Positions 1 through 12,800 of a stretch of 64,000 nucleotides of DNA are shown in pieces. The notes beneath the pieces are model-generated. The model made no database searches. It saw only the letters and a list, made by a program, of their open reading frames with translations, and was not told where the DNA came from. The translations under genes and the position numbers were made by a program. Where the stretch lies: NCBI GenBank assembly GCA_030141605.1, contig JAQGDQ010000235.1, positions 1-64,000 on the forward strand, written 5' to 3'. Every line of letters starts with the position of its first letter. The stretch's first letter is position 1. The stretch is from Tubiluchus corallicola. Lineage: Eukaryota; Animalia; Priapulida.

Positions 1-59
1 GAAACTGGGTTTTCCTGCTTTATATGCGGTATCTCAGTCATTGATTTTCCGGGAAAATG

Positions 60-210
60 CGCATTGGTATGGGTAAAAATGGCACAGTGGTATAAGCAAA
101 AATGGCACAGTGGGATAGGTAAAAATGATATGGTGAAAATAGCATAACAAAAAATTGCACAAATGAAAAACTAGGTAAAAATGGCACGTAAAAAAATGGC
201 ATTATTCCAA
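60..210. repeat. Cluster of AAAAATGGCAC-like motifs, probably the subterminal repeats of a DNA transposon (Mutator-like) remnant
   Basis: Several degenerate aaaaatggcac/aaaaattgcac copies within about 140 bp; family assignment is from motif resemblance only. Confidence 0.35.
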
Positions 211-1231
211 GCTGTACACTTGTGTGTACAGTGTACACCGCCTGATAGCGTGCTGATATTCATTTTTATATCAGATCTTCTTCGATACCCTATTGCAAAA
301 CTGCTCGCTGAGAAACAGGCACAACCATCATAATTAATGAAACAATCACTCATTGTTCAATAATTTGTTGCATAGCAATTTAAAATTAATAAATGCGAAT
401 GATAACGATGTTCAATAGTATGTCATGTGATTTCGTGGGGTTGCGATGTGGCGCAAGGTTCTGGAAAGGGGGTCACCGTCAACGAAAGGTTGGAACCGGT
501 GCTTTAAGCTGAACATTGCAACTAGTTTGATGTCTGATGACTTGGCCTGACGAACATCACGTTCTGAGCCATGCTGACTTCGTTCGTTAAATGTTATTTG
601 ATTTGCACAAAAACTGCCTAGAAAATTGCTATTCACACAGATACAGCACGACCCGAATCTGTTGACGATTTGCTTATATATCAAATCTTTCTTTACCAGT
701 TTAAAATGAAATGAAAACAACAAAATTATTGCAAATTCATCCTCGAGTAGTAATACTTAAAAACCTACACTGCTTAATGGCCATGAGTTTCATATAAATT
801 ATGCAAATCCCACACAAGTGTAAGTTGCAATCATCTTAATTCAACCTAATTTATTTCCGAAAAAAACTCTTCCTTATTATTCCTGGTTGACAAATGTATT
901 TTTCTGTGCGTTTGGTTCGAGATTTGAGACGAGTGAATATTTCTTGTTACACTGTTCAAATTACAACAATGATGTTTGACAAATTGATGCGAACATTGTC
1001 ACATGTAAATATTGACATTGTTAGACTGTGTAACAATGCTAACCATTACTTGTTAAAATTACCGCTTGCTGTAGATGAACAGTTAAGTTATGAACTAAAC
1101 TGTAAAATTTCTTAACGTGTATAAAACCATATTACTAATACGAGATGTTTTTACCAAAAAATTATGGTAATAACTAATAAAGAATTTGAGCTAAATATAG
1201 ATGTATAACGATAAAGTTGTACCACACACTT

Positions 1232-1233
<2 letters not shown>

Positions 1234-1276
<43 letters not shown>

Positions 1277-1570
1277 TCTGGAGTCACACGTCATCTGACA
1301 TGACTCGTGCAATCCAGCATGTCATGCTTCCCTGCCTGCTATTTTTCTGTATTTTTGATATCTAATGCCGCGTTCACAAGATCTTTTTGAATGAAGTCGA
1401 TTTTAAGTCACCAGCTGTTCTTCTTGTGGTTTCTCTTCTTTCTGCAGTGCTTTTTTGAAAACTAACTTTAATGGACTGTCATCTGGTAGTCGTATAACAT
1501 GTCCTATCCATCTTAATCTTCTCCTTTTGATTTTAGCTGTCCATTCCTCTGCCCCGACTTTATTACACCG
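1234..1570 (-). mobile_element. 5'-truncated RTE-clade LINE 3' end with (ATG)n tail
   Basis: Minus strand translates ...EEWTAKIKRRRLRWIGHVIRLPDDSPLKLVF, the RRLRWxGHVxR motif at the C-terminus of RTE-type ORF2; it ends in a (CAT)n microsatellite at 1234-1275 on the + strand. Confidence 0.8.
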
Positions 1571-1756
1571 ATCTTAGATTTTTAGTTAATTAAAAAGTTG
1601 TGCGTCTTTTACATATGATAAATAGACAATACTACTCACGTTAAACTTGAGTACTTTCTTAATATTTGTAAATATGTAAATAATGTATATTTTGTAATAT
1701 TGTTACACATTTTGGTGTGTGTTTAAATTAATTGAACTAAATGTATTTTTACACAG

Positions 1757-1992
1757 ATTTTGGCTATACCTGGATCGGTGGAACAGACCAACATCATGAA
1801 GGTGACTTTAGATGGATTTCAAATGGTCAACCTTGCCTATTTGCTGAGTGGGATGATATCGAAGGTGATGAACCAAACAATTATCATGGAAAAGAGCACT
1901 GCTTGCATCTTAAACAAACTCGCGCTATTTTATGGAATGACTATCAATGTGAAAAACTCACCAGTTTCATCTGTGAATCCGATGCTAATTAA
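1757..1992 (+). CDS. C-type lectin (perlucin-like) paralog 1, last exon only
   Basis: Acceptor acacag| at 1756; WIGG...FRW...EPNN...EHC...WNDYQC...FICE then TAA, the C-terminal half of a CTLD with EPN and WND motifs; upstream exons were not found in the window. Confidence 0.85.
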
Positions 1993-2019
1993 CTTGTGTT
2001 GTTCTTCCCCGAGTTTTTG

Positions 2020-3500
2020 ACAATTTCTGTTCTCTAATCCAAGTACATCAGTGTTACCTGATTCAAGTTAATAAATTAAGGATAGTTTAGTTTAGTTTTA
2101 GTTTATTAATTTGCACTTTGCAATAATTTATTTATTCTTGATAATTACTGTTCTCTATTCCAAGTACATCAGTCTTACCTGATTCAGGTTAATAAATTAA
2201 GGATAGTTTAGTTTAGTTTATTTATTTATTTGCACTTTGCAATAATTTATTTATTCTTGATAATTTCTGTTCTCTAATCCAAGTACATCAGTGTTACCTG
2301 ATTCAAGTTAATAAACTAAGGATAGTTTAGTTTAGTTTATTTATTTATTTGCACTTTGCAATAATTTATTTATTCTTGATAATTTCTGTTCTCTAATCCA
2401 AGTACATCAGTGTTACCTGATTCAAGTTAATAAACTAAGAATAGTTTAGTTTAGTTTATTTATTTATTTGCACTTTGCAATAATTTATTTATTCTTGATA
2501 ATTTCTGTTCTCTAATCCAAGTACATCAGTGTTACCTGATTCAAGTTAATAAATTAGATAGTTTAGTTTAGTTTGTTATTATTTGCCTTTGCAATATTTA
2601 TTATTCTTGATAATTTCTGTTCTCTAATCCAAGTACATCAGTGTTACCTGATTCAAGTTAATAAATTAGGATAGTTTAGTTTAGTTTTAGTTTATTAATT
2701 TGCACTTTGCAATAATTTATTTATTCTTGATAATTTCTGTTCTTTAATCCAAGTACATCAGTGTTACCTGATTCAAGTTAATAAATTAAGGATAGTTTAG
2801 TTTAGTTTTAGTTTATTTATTTGCAATAATTTATTTATTCTTGATAATTTCTGTTCTTAATCCAAGTACATCGTTACTGATTAAGTTAATAAATAAATAG
2901 TTTAGTTTAGTTTATTTATTATTTCCTTTGCAATAATTTATTTATTCTTGATAATTTCTGTTCTCTAATCCAAGTACATCAGTGTTACCTGATTCAAGTT
3001 AATAAATTAAGGATAGTTTAGTTTAGTTTATTTATTTATTTGCACTTTGCAATAATTTATTTATTCTTTATAATTTCTGTTCTCTAATCCAAGTACATCA
3101 GTGTTACCTGATTCAAGTTAATAAATTAAGGATAGTTTAGTTTAGTTTATTTATTTATTTGCACTTTGCAATAATTTATTTATTCTTTATAATTTCTGTT
3201 CTCTAATCCAAGTACATCAGTGTTACCTGATTCAAGTTAATAAATTAAGGATAGTTTAGTTTAGTTTATTTATTTATTTGCACTTTGCAATAATTTATTT
3301 ATTCTTGATAATTTCTGTTCTTTAATCCAAGTACATCAGGGTTACCTGATTCAAGTTAATAAATTAAGGATAGTTTAGTTTAGTTTTAGTTTATTAATTT
3401 GCACTTTGCAATAATTTATTTATTCTTGATAATTACTGTTCTCTATTCCAAGTACATCAGTCTTACCTGATTCAGGTTAATAAATTAAGGATAGTTTAGT
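2020..3500 (+). repeat. ~119-bp tandem repeat (about 12-13 copies) derived from the lectin 3' end and containing AATAAA
   Basis: Unit aatttctgttctctaatccaagtacatcagtgttacctgattcaagttAATAAAttaaggatagtttagtttag...; a single homologous copy lies at ~5590-5665 downstream of lectin 2. Confidence 0.95.
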
Positions 3501-4182
3501 TCTTTTGTACTTTAGCTAAAATTTAAAAGTATCAGCTGCTTTTAATAAAGCTGCCAAGTTTAATACTGGCTTTTTTAAAATCCATTTCACATTATCTTAG
3601 AGCTTTAAAATGTTCTCCGCCTTACCACGCCGAAGTTGGTGCCACTTTGTAGGGCATATTTATTGCATTACCATTGTAAGAATTTAGAGATGTGTGCAAA
3701 GATGTCCTACTTTATACAGTTTTTTAAATAGAACAAATTTAATGTTTTACTATTGTCTATTAGACAATGATCATCGATATATCTAGGAACAATGAAAGTT
3801 TAAATGCTGAACAATCCAAAGCTCTGCGACAATGGAAACATTAGAATGTTTGGAAATGTTGGTTAATTTTCACGTGAACTGTATATCAGGTCAGTAAAGT
3901 TCCACATCAATTTTAATAACCACCATTCATTATATCTGTGAATTATTTTGATGTTGACACCAAACGTTTCATTTTGTATACGAATTGGTGTGCTAAATAT
4001 AGCATCATTTCAGTAGTAGAATGTTTTATAATAATTATAATTATCATATGATATAATTTTATAGATTAAATATTACTTGTCATAGTGCTCGGCATTCTCA
4101 CAACAAATGCTATGCATTACGTAGTTTGAGAGAAATCAACAAGGCTTGGTGAGGTAATTCGTGATTGTGACATACAAACACA

Positions 4183-5536
4183 ATGAGGATTGTTTTACTG
4201 ACTGCTTCACTACTGACTTTAGTTAATTTGCGTGGTCCAAGCGCAGGCACTGAAAATGGGTCCAACGAAACTAACAAGGTAACGATTATAATATCAGTTC
4301 AAGTCATTATCAGTTTCAAGTTCAGGAAAGCCAATATATTAAAAAATAATTTCTTAGAGATTGGATTAACAACAGTTAAATTAATCATTATCAATTTTGT
4401 TTCAATTGTGATTTATTTAGATGCCAACAAAATGCTTTTTGTGTAAACAATAATAGTAAACAATAAGAAGATCTGATAGCAAAGTTGCTTCTTCTACCAC
4501 TCAGTGATTGATATAAAGCTTGTAAAGTGACATAATTATTGTCAGTGCATAGGATTATGTCTCTGTGAATTGAAATATATTCAGATTTAAACTGAATTTA
4601 TTTTCATTTAATAATTGAATACAATAAACATTTTCGTGTTTGGTTTAGACCACTTGTTGTCCAAATGGTGGAGAATATTACAATGGAAAATGTTACGTTT
4701 TTCGCAAAGATCTTGTTACCTGGTGGAAAGCTATGATGATTTGCAAAATGGCGGCTAGTGAATTGGTTGCCATAGAAACGGCCACAGAGAACCAGTTTAT
4801 AGTCAACTACCTGAGTGCAAATGGCAAGTATTTAAAGTTATCTACATCTTTTCTTTGTTGTAACATAGCCTTATGAACAAAGACAAAAAAGCAGATCTTG
4901 ATTTACAAAGTTTGTTTCAACTTGTAATGCAATGTATTTCATTGAAATTAAATCTCTACAAGGTAATTTTGACACTTTATTATAGTCACGCCATTTTTGC
5001 TTCAAAATGAACACATATAAAACAAATAAATTTGCCAAAATTTAGAAACAACATCGAAATACAATTCGCTAGTTTGATAGCAAAAGATATATGATACAAC
5101 ATTATATAGATAATTTATATTTTAATAGTCTAACTTCTGAATTGTATTTCTACGTTGTTTCTAAATTCTGTTTATTTTCTCTGTCACTTGTTACTTGATA
5201 GTGAACAGTTTGTTCGAAACCGGTTGACAATAAAATTTCTATTTTGATGTAGTAACATTTATTTGCCAAATATGGATAATTTAAATATATTTCTACATAG
5301 ATTTTAGCTATACCTGGGTGGGTGGAACAGACCAACATCATGAAGGTGATTTCAGATGGATTTCCAATGGTCAACCTTGCCTATTTACTGAGTGGGACAA
5401 TGTCAAGTGGCGAGAACCAACCAATCATAAAGGAAATGAGCGCTGTCTGGAACTTAAACAGCCTCATGGTTTTTTATGGAGTGACAGTCCATGTGTACAA
5501 CTGAAATCTTTCATTTGTGAATCTAATGTTAGTTAA
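4183..5536 (+). CDS. Secreted C-type lectin (perlucin-like) paralog 2, 3 exons, ~168 aa
   Basis: Exons 4183-4278 (signal peptide MRIVLLTASLLTLV), 4649-4823 (TTCCPNGGEYYNGKCYVF...TWWKAMMIC...LVAIETATENQFI) and 5301-5536 (WVGG...EPTN...WSD...C...FICE*); frame is kept with a GC donor at 4824, or with an alternative GT donor at 4828 and AG at 5307. Confidence 0.9.
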
Positions 5537-6104
5537 TTTAAAGTTTTCCTCGCCCCGGGTTTAAGACAATAATTACTATTTTACTTTGCCCAATTCAAGT
5601 TAATAAATTAAGGATAGTTTAGTTTAGTTTATTTATTTTCATTTTGCAATAATTTATTTACAATAAAAGTGCTGGGACTGCCAGCGTGTATATAAGATAA
5701 TAAAGTGTATTTAAAATACTTATGATAATAAGATGGATGCACATTGAGCCTATCTGATTTTAACAAAATAATTAACAAGATATTTCAGTTGATTATCGCA
5801 CAGTTCCGCATAAAATCGTGTACGGAAAATGACTTACGGAACCCCTAGTTAGTATTTGACACACTAAAAAACAAGGATTAGTAGAATGTTATTAAAATAT
5901 AGTCCTATTAAGGTAAATTTCATCTTTCATACCCATTTGACATGTCCAACGTACTTTAGCTAAACCTTTGTAGTTTAGCTAAAATTTAAAAGTATCAGCT
6001 GCTTAATGAAGTGAGGCGTATGAGACCGCGAAAACAGAATCTTGTAAATAAACAAATAGTTGTTTGTCAGTGAGTATTAATACTAAATGTTAGTTTTATT
6101 TCTA

Positions 6105-6400
6105 TGCGTGCGAGCACACACACATGCATGCACACGCACACACACACACACACAGACACACACGGATGCATGCACATGCACACACACACAGATGCACGCA
6201 CACACACACACACACAGACACACACGGATGCATGCACACACGCACACACACATGGATGCATGCACACACACACGCACACACACACACACACACACAGACA
6301 CACACGGATGCATGAACACACACGCAGATGCATGCACACACACGCGCACACACACACACACACACACACATGGATGCATGCACACACACACGCACACCCT
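6105..6400. repeat. Compound (CA)n/CACGGATGCATG microsatellite
   Basis: Dinucleotide-rich tract; source of several low-complexity ORFs. Confidence 0.95.
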
Positions 6401-6802
6401 CATAAATAAGCATGTACTTATATTTAGAAGCCAGTTTCACAAAAGACACAATACTAATCCATAATATGCAATCATTTTATAAAAATACAGAATCAATTTC
6501 ATCAACAATCTACAAGTGATTTTGCGTGGGAACATACAGTACAGTATTGTGGAATGCACCTGGCTTCAGACGCTGATTGGCTGGCTAGCATTACTTGTTG
6601 CGAAGCAACCTCAATCCCACGGTTGTTAAACTTTTCTACAATGTTTTGCTTGACCGTAGCAGTGAAACAAACAGACGTGGGTGACCGCGCTTAGTGCCAA
6701 GCTTGGGTGGCAGTTTACTGCCTTCCGTCCCTTGCATGAAAAACACAGGTGGCACTGAAACGCCCTCCGTAGTGAAAGAGTTAATTCTACAATCCCAAGG
6801 CA

Positions 6803-9800
6803 TCAGCTATCACAGACGCTCACAAGTTCATGTAACAATATAATCTGACCGTGTCGACAGTACAGCGAGTATTTCTGCCTGTGGGAAAGCGTCGAGAGAT
6901 CCCGCATTCGTTTTTCTTCCTCTTCTAAAGAGAACTTGAAAAGAGAAAGACGTCTCTTCGCAACCCTGCAGCAAAAAAAATCAATAAACCAGAGGAGAAT
7001 ATTTTAAGACGAGATTTTAGCCATCAGTGTCAGCTAAATCAGTGACAAAAGAGCAACTATTCTGACCAGAGAGTGACCAAAGACTGACCACAGACAAAAA
7101 TTTGTGCTGCTCGTGTTCCCATGGCAGTGTGCGCAATTTTACAAGAAAAATCAGCAAACATTTGCACACAAAAAAGTAGAATAAATTTGACACTATTGCA
7201 TGAGCTTAATTTATCGTGTGCGGACTTGCACATGAGCTTAATTTATCGTGTGCGGACTTGCACATGAGCTTAATTTATCGTGTGCGGACTTGCACATGAG
7301 CTTAATGTAACGTGTGCGGACTTGCACATGAGCTTAATGTAACGTGGGCGGACTTGCACATGAGCTTAATGTAATGTGTGCAGACTTGCACATGAGCTTA
7401 ATGTAATGTGTGCAGACTTGCACATGAGCTTAATGTAACGTGTGCAGACTTGCACATGAGCTTAATGTAACGTGTGCGGACTTGCACATGAGCTTAATGT
7501 AATGTGGGCGGACTTGCACATGAGCTTAATGTAACGTGTGCAGACTTGCACATGAGCTTAATTTATCGTGTGCGGACTTGCACATGAGCTTAATTTATCG
7601 TGTGCGAACTTGCACATGAGCTTAATGTAACGTGTGCGGACTTGCACATGAGCGTAATTTATCATGTGCGGACTTGCACATGAGCTTAATTTATCGTGTG
7701 CGGACTTGCACATGAGCTTAATGTAACGTGTGCGGACTTGCACATGAGCTTAATGTAATGTGTGCGGGCTTGCACATGAGCTTAATGTATCGTGTGCGGA
7801 CTTGCACATGAGCTTAATGTATCGTGTGTGGGCTTGCACATGAGCTTAATGTATCGTGTGCGGACTTGCACATGAGCTTAATGTAACGTGTGCGGACTTG
7901 CACATGAGCTTAATGTAACATGTGCGGACTTGCACATGAGCTTAATGTATCGTGTGCAGACTTGCACATGAGCTTAATTTATCGTGTGCGGACTTGCACA
8001 TGAGCTTAATTTATCGTGTGCGGACTTGCACATGAGCTTAATGTAACGTGTGCGGACTTGCACATGTGCGTAATTTATCGTGTGCGGACTTGCACATGAG
8101 CTTAATTTATCGTGTGCGGACTTGCACATGAGCTTAATGTAACGTGTGCGGACTTGCACATGAGCTTCATGTAATGTGTGCGGGCTTGCACATGAGCTTA
8201 ATGTATCGTGTGCGGACTTGCACATGAGCTTAATGTATCGTGTGCGGGCTTGCACAAAAGCTTAATGTATTGTGTGCGGACTTGCACATGAGCTTAGTGT
8301 AACGTGTGCGGACTTGCACATGAGCTTAATGTAACATGTGCGGACTTGCACATGAGCTTAATGTATCGTGTGCAGACTTGCACATGAGCTTAATGTATCG
8401 TGTGCGGACTTGCACATGAGCTTAATTTATCGTGTGCAGACTTGCACGTGAACTAAATTTATGTGTGCGGACTTGCACATGAGCTTAATGTAATGTGTGC
8501 GGGCTTGCACATGAGCTTAATTTATCGTGTGCAGACTTGCACGAGCTTAACTTATCGTGTGCGGACTTGCACGAGCTTAATTTATCGTGTGTGCACTTGC
8601 ATACGAGTTTACGTTAGTTCAGCACAAATTATAGTAGATGGCGACACCTGCACAAAAAGAGTGTTAATAATACAGTAAACTCCGCGTAACTCAAAATCGC
8701 ATTGCTCAAATTTTCATCCAGCTCGAAGGATTTCATTGTTGCCAGGAAAACACGCCCCCCCCCCCAATTCTTTTCACTGGGACTGGTCTATCCGTGTTCT
8801 GTATGTATGCTTTTGTAACATAGAAAAATCTTGTTTTACTACATAATTTCTTATTCTTTATGTAATTGTCATCAAATCTCATCGTTTACATATAGAAGGG
8901 TTGAACTTTCTGCCTTCCATTTAGCTCGCCATCTGGAGGAGAGGTTTAGAGTTTCTATGCTGGAAAATGGTCAACGTCGCCTAAATTCAAAGTTTTATCG
9001 GCCCAGTTGGATTTGCGTCATGCAATGTGTACTATAGTATACTATACTGTGTAGTGCCATCTAGTGTGGAAACAGATTAAGTATTATATGCTAGTGCACT
9101 TTTAAAATCAGGAATGAGTGATTAATAATGAAAGAATTCATTCATTGCTAAAGTTTAGCTGAAATTTCACAATAAAATTTGTAAATAATAAATAAAATAT
9201 TTAATAAATTCTAATGAAGCAAAATCGAAGAAATTGAAATCACCTTAGCAGGAAATCCTTCCACGCTTTAGGAAAATTTTCTATGGCTTCTGAAAAACAG
9301 AATTTTTTTAAACACTTCGGTTCACAGCAAGTTAATGTTGACGTAGCTGGTGTGATAGTATGAGCTACCGAACCAGTAGAGGCATCTTAACCATGTTCTG
9401 ATGTGAATACTACCCCTTCTACAAGTAAACAGCCAAAATTCATATGGCAAATAAAACCACTCTCAGCAAGTATTAAATCTGGTAGTCACCTATCCATCCG
9501 CTGACCAGTCTTGCTGCTTCTTAACTTCGGTTGCCAACCACATACCATGTAATGCAAACAATCCGACATGCCTGAGTACGTAATGTTTACATTTCACTGC
9601 CCCAAGCAAGATGCATGGCACTCGACGTGTGACCACATTAGGTCCTAAGCACTACAGCAAGGACATCAAAATACAATTCACTTACTTAGATAGCCAAAAG
9701 ATATATATTATTTATTAATAATAATAATAGCCAGCAGTACTATTTTTTAAGTCTTTGGTATGACTCCGTAAGGAGTTGATAATATTACGTTACCATATAC

Positions 9801-12800
9801 ACGTTACATTCCATTATAAATTGTAACGTAATAGAACTATCATGTTAGGGAGCAGCCATTTTGTTACTGAATTCCACAAAACACAGCGCTCTACTTCTGT
9901 TGTAAATTATCAAATTATCTATATAATATTATATCATGTATCTTATAGCTACCTAACTACTGAATTGCATTTCGATGTCGTTTCTAAATTCTGGCAAAAT
10001 TTCGTTGTTTCAGATGCCTTGACAATGAACAGTTTGTTCGAAACCGGCCATAAATTCCATTTTGATGTAGTTACAATTATTTGCCAAATATGGATAATTT
10101 AATTATTTCATTGTCTTCGTAGGAAGCTGTTTAGTTCAGAAAACTGTCGTCACCTCTATTTAAATCGTCACCCTCGTCATCACTCCAGGAGTAGGACTCT
10201 TGAAAATCTGCAAATTTTGCTTCATCCATCAACAACACCTACCAAAGAAGAACAACTGTGACTTTCGGACCCTGCGAGCAATGGCGGCTCATGTATGCAC
10301 GTTGTGGAACTGCAGCACCCCCTATTTTCACTCAGTATTATCGATATTATTCAATATAATTAGTCTTTTTTCTTTAGTTCTTTCTTTATACTTGTACGGA
10401 TTCAAAGCATGTGAGGGTTGTACTGTTTGCTTCACAGTCCAACACACTGTATTCCAGCAATGTGGTGTATGGCTGGTGTGTGCATGCGGTCATGTGCACA
10501 TATCTGGGCCCAGGTAGAGAAAGTACTGTCCCTCACGCAGTTTTTTGTCAGTTTTCTCGTGACTAAAAGTCGTGTACCGACATACTCTTGAGCTGCGACA
10601 ATTTAGGCTATTCGTAAGCAAAAAATTTTTTTCGTTTGGGATTTTATCAAGTTTATGTATAAATTTTTGTTTACGTTTGTTTAAAATCGCAATTATAAAA
10701 TACAACATTAAAATTACACACGTTTGTTTCGTTTTACACGGTATTAAAACAACGGCTAAAAATTTTCTAAAGCAGCACTGCCACTAATATTAACTAATAT
10801 TATCGACAATATTGGGTGAAAATAGGGGGTGCTGTAGTTCCACGGTACCTATACAAGAGCTGCCATTGGCTGTCTGATGTTCCTGTATTTCACATGTAAA
10901 TTAGACGTCTGAAGACAAAGACAACATAGCAAAATCTATTATCTTTCTTCCACTAACACATTCTTCTACCCTTCTTGTGAGATCTAACCTTTCTCCCAGT
11001 TCTTTTTTTTGTTCACTCATCCATTCTTTTTATCAGGTTCACATGACAGTGGGCTTATACAAGCCTTTGCTTCTCTAGCCCACTGCAGTACAATTATTCT
11101 TTTATGATAACGATAGTGTATGAAACACAACAATTTAATACAGAATGATGTAATAATTTTGATGTCACTGCGTGCTTAATGTCATTATATTGTACTGAAT
11201 GTGATAATAATAATAAACTAAAAAAACTAAAAGAAATTGAGAAAAACACAAAGTTATAAAACATGCTTAGAACAAAGTCGCTAATCGGCGGGAAAATCGT
11301 GTGATCTTCCATCAGAATTTTGTTATACTCCACAGCAAGGTGGAGTTGTTGTCTCCACAGCAAGGTGGAGTTGTTGTCTCCACAGGAAGGTGGAGTTAGT
11401 CTCCAAAGCAAGGTGGAGTTATTTTCTCCACAGCAAGGTGGAGTTGTTGTCTCCACAGCAAGGTGGAGTAGTTGTCTCCACAGCACGCAAGGTGGAGTTG
11501 TTGTCTCCACAGCACGCAAGGTGGAGTTGTTGTCTCCACAGCAAGGTGGAGTTGTTGTCTCCACAGCAAGGTGGAGTTATAAAGTTTGGAATTAATAAAT
11601 GGCGGATTTTAACTAAGTTAAGGCATTATACTGTGTTGTTCCAATCCTAGTGGACACCATAAGTGGCTGAATTTATTGATTAATTGATTGAGCAATTTTT
11701 ACTGAATTCAAAAAATACCTTGATGATGATGCTAGTCTCGGCGCTGAGATAGAAGCCAGTTCCAAGTCTGATTTCCGCAGCTTCCGAGGAAATAATCTCC
11801 TGAAAATAACAGAGAAACGTGAAGACGATGTAACTGACAGATTAACCAATGACGTTCTAGAATCAAGCCTCAAAATCTTTACACAAACAATGGATATTAC
11901 AGCTACAGTGTTCCCTCCCTACTTTACACAAACAATGGATATTACAGCTACAGTGTTCCCTCCCTACTTTACACAAACAATGGATATTACAGCTACAGTG
12001 TTCCCTCCCTACTTTACACAAACAATGGATATTACAGCTACAGCGTTCCCTCAATACCTTACACAAACAAAGGATATTACAGCTACAGTGTTCCCTCCCT
12101 ACCTTACACAAACAATGGATATTACAGCTACAGTGTTCCCTCCCTACTTTACACAAACAAAGGATATTACAGCTACAGTGTTCCCTCCCTACTTTACAAA
12201 AGCAATGGATATTACAGCTACAGTGTTCCCTCCCTACCTTACACAAACAAAGGATATTACAGCTACAGTGTTCCCTCCCTACTTTACACAAACAATGGAT
12301 ATTACAGCTACAGTGTTCCCTCCCTACCTTACACAAACAAAGGATATTACAGCTACAGTGTTCCCTCCCTACTTTACACAAACAATGGATATTACAGCTA
12401 CAGTGTTCCCTCCCTACTTTACACAAACAATGGATATTACAACTACAGTGTTCCCTCCCTACTTTACACATAAAATGGATATTACAGCTACAGAGTTCCC
12501 TCCCTACTTTACACAAACAATGGATATTACAACTACAGTGTTCCCTCCCTACTTTACACAAACAATGGATATTACAGCTACAGTGTTCCCTCGCTACTTC
12601 GCGGTTCCTTTATCGCGGAATCGCTGTTTCACGGGTTTTCAAAGAATATTATAAATCATAAAAAATTACCATTTACAGTAAATAATGTATTTATTCGGCG
12701 GATGACCAAAAAAGGAAATGTAGTACTCGTGCCCGCTTGAGATGCTACTTGCCGACGTGAGATTGTACACAACACATGATTGGTTGATTGATGGAAAGCG

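Noticed and set aside
440-560. MWRKVLERGSPSTKGWNRCF as a MULE transposase remnant (resembles RTNN.EGW)
   Set aside because: Too short and degenerate to support without a database search
6067-6464. CV- and HT-rich ORFs
   Set aside because: (CA)n microsatellite
11863-12654. Cys-rich 232-aa and Thr/Pro-rich 254-aa ORFs resembling metallothionein or mucin
   Set aside because: 45-bp tandem repeat derived from a MITE junction inside a SETD6 intron
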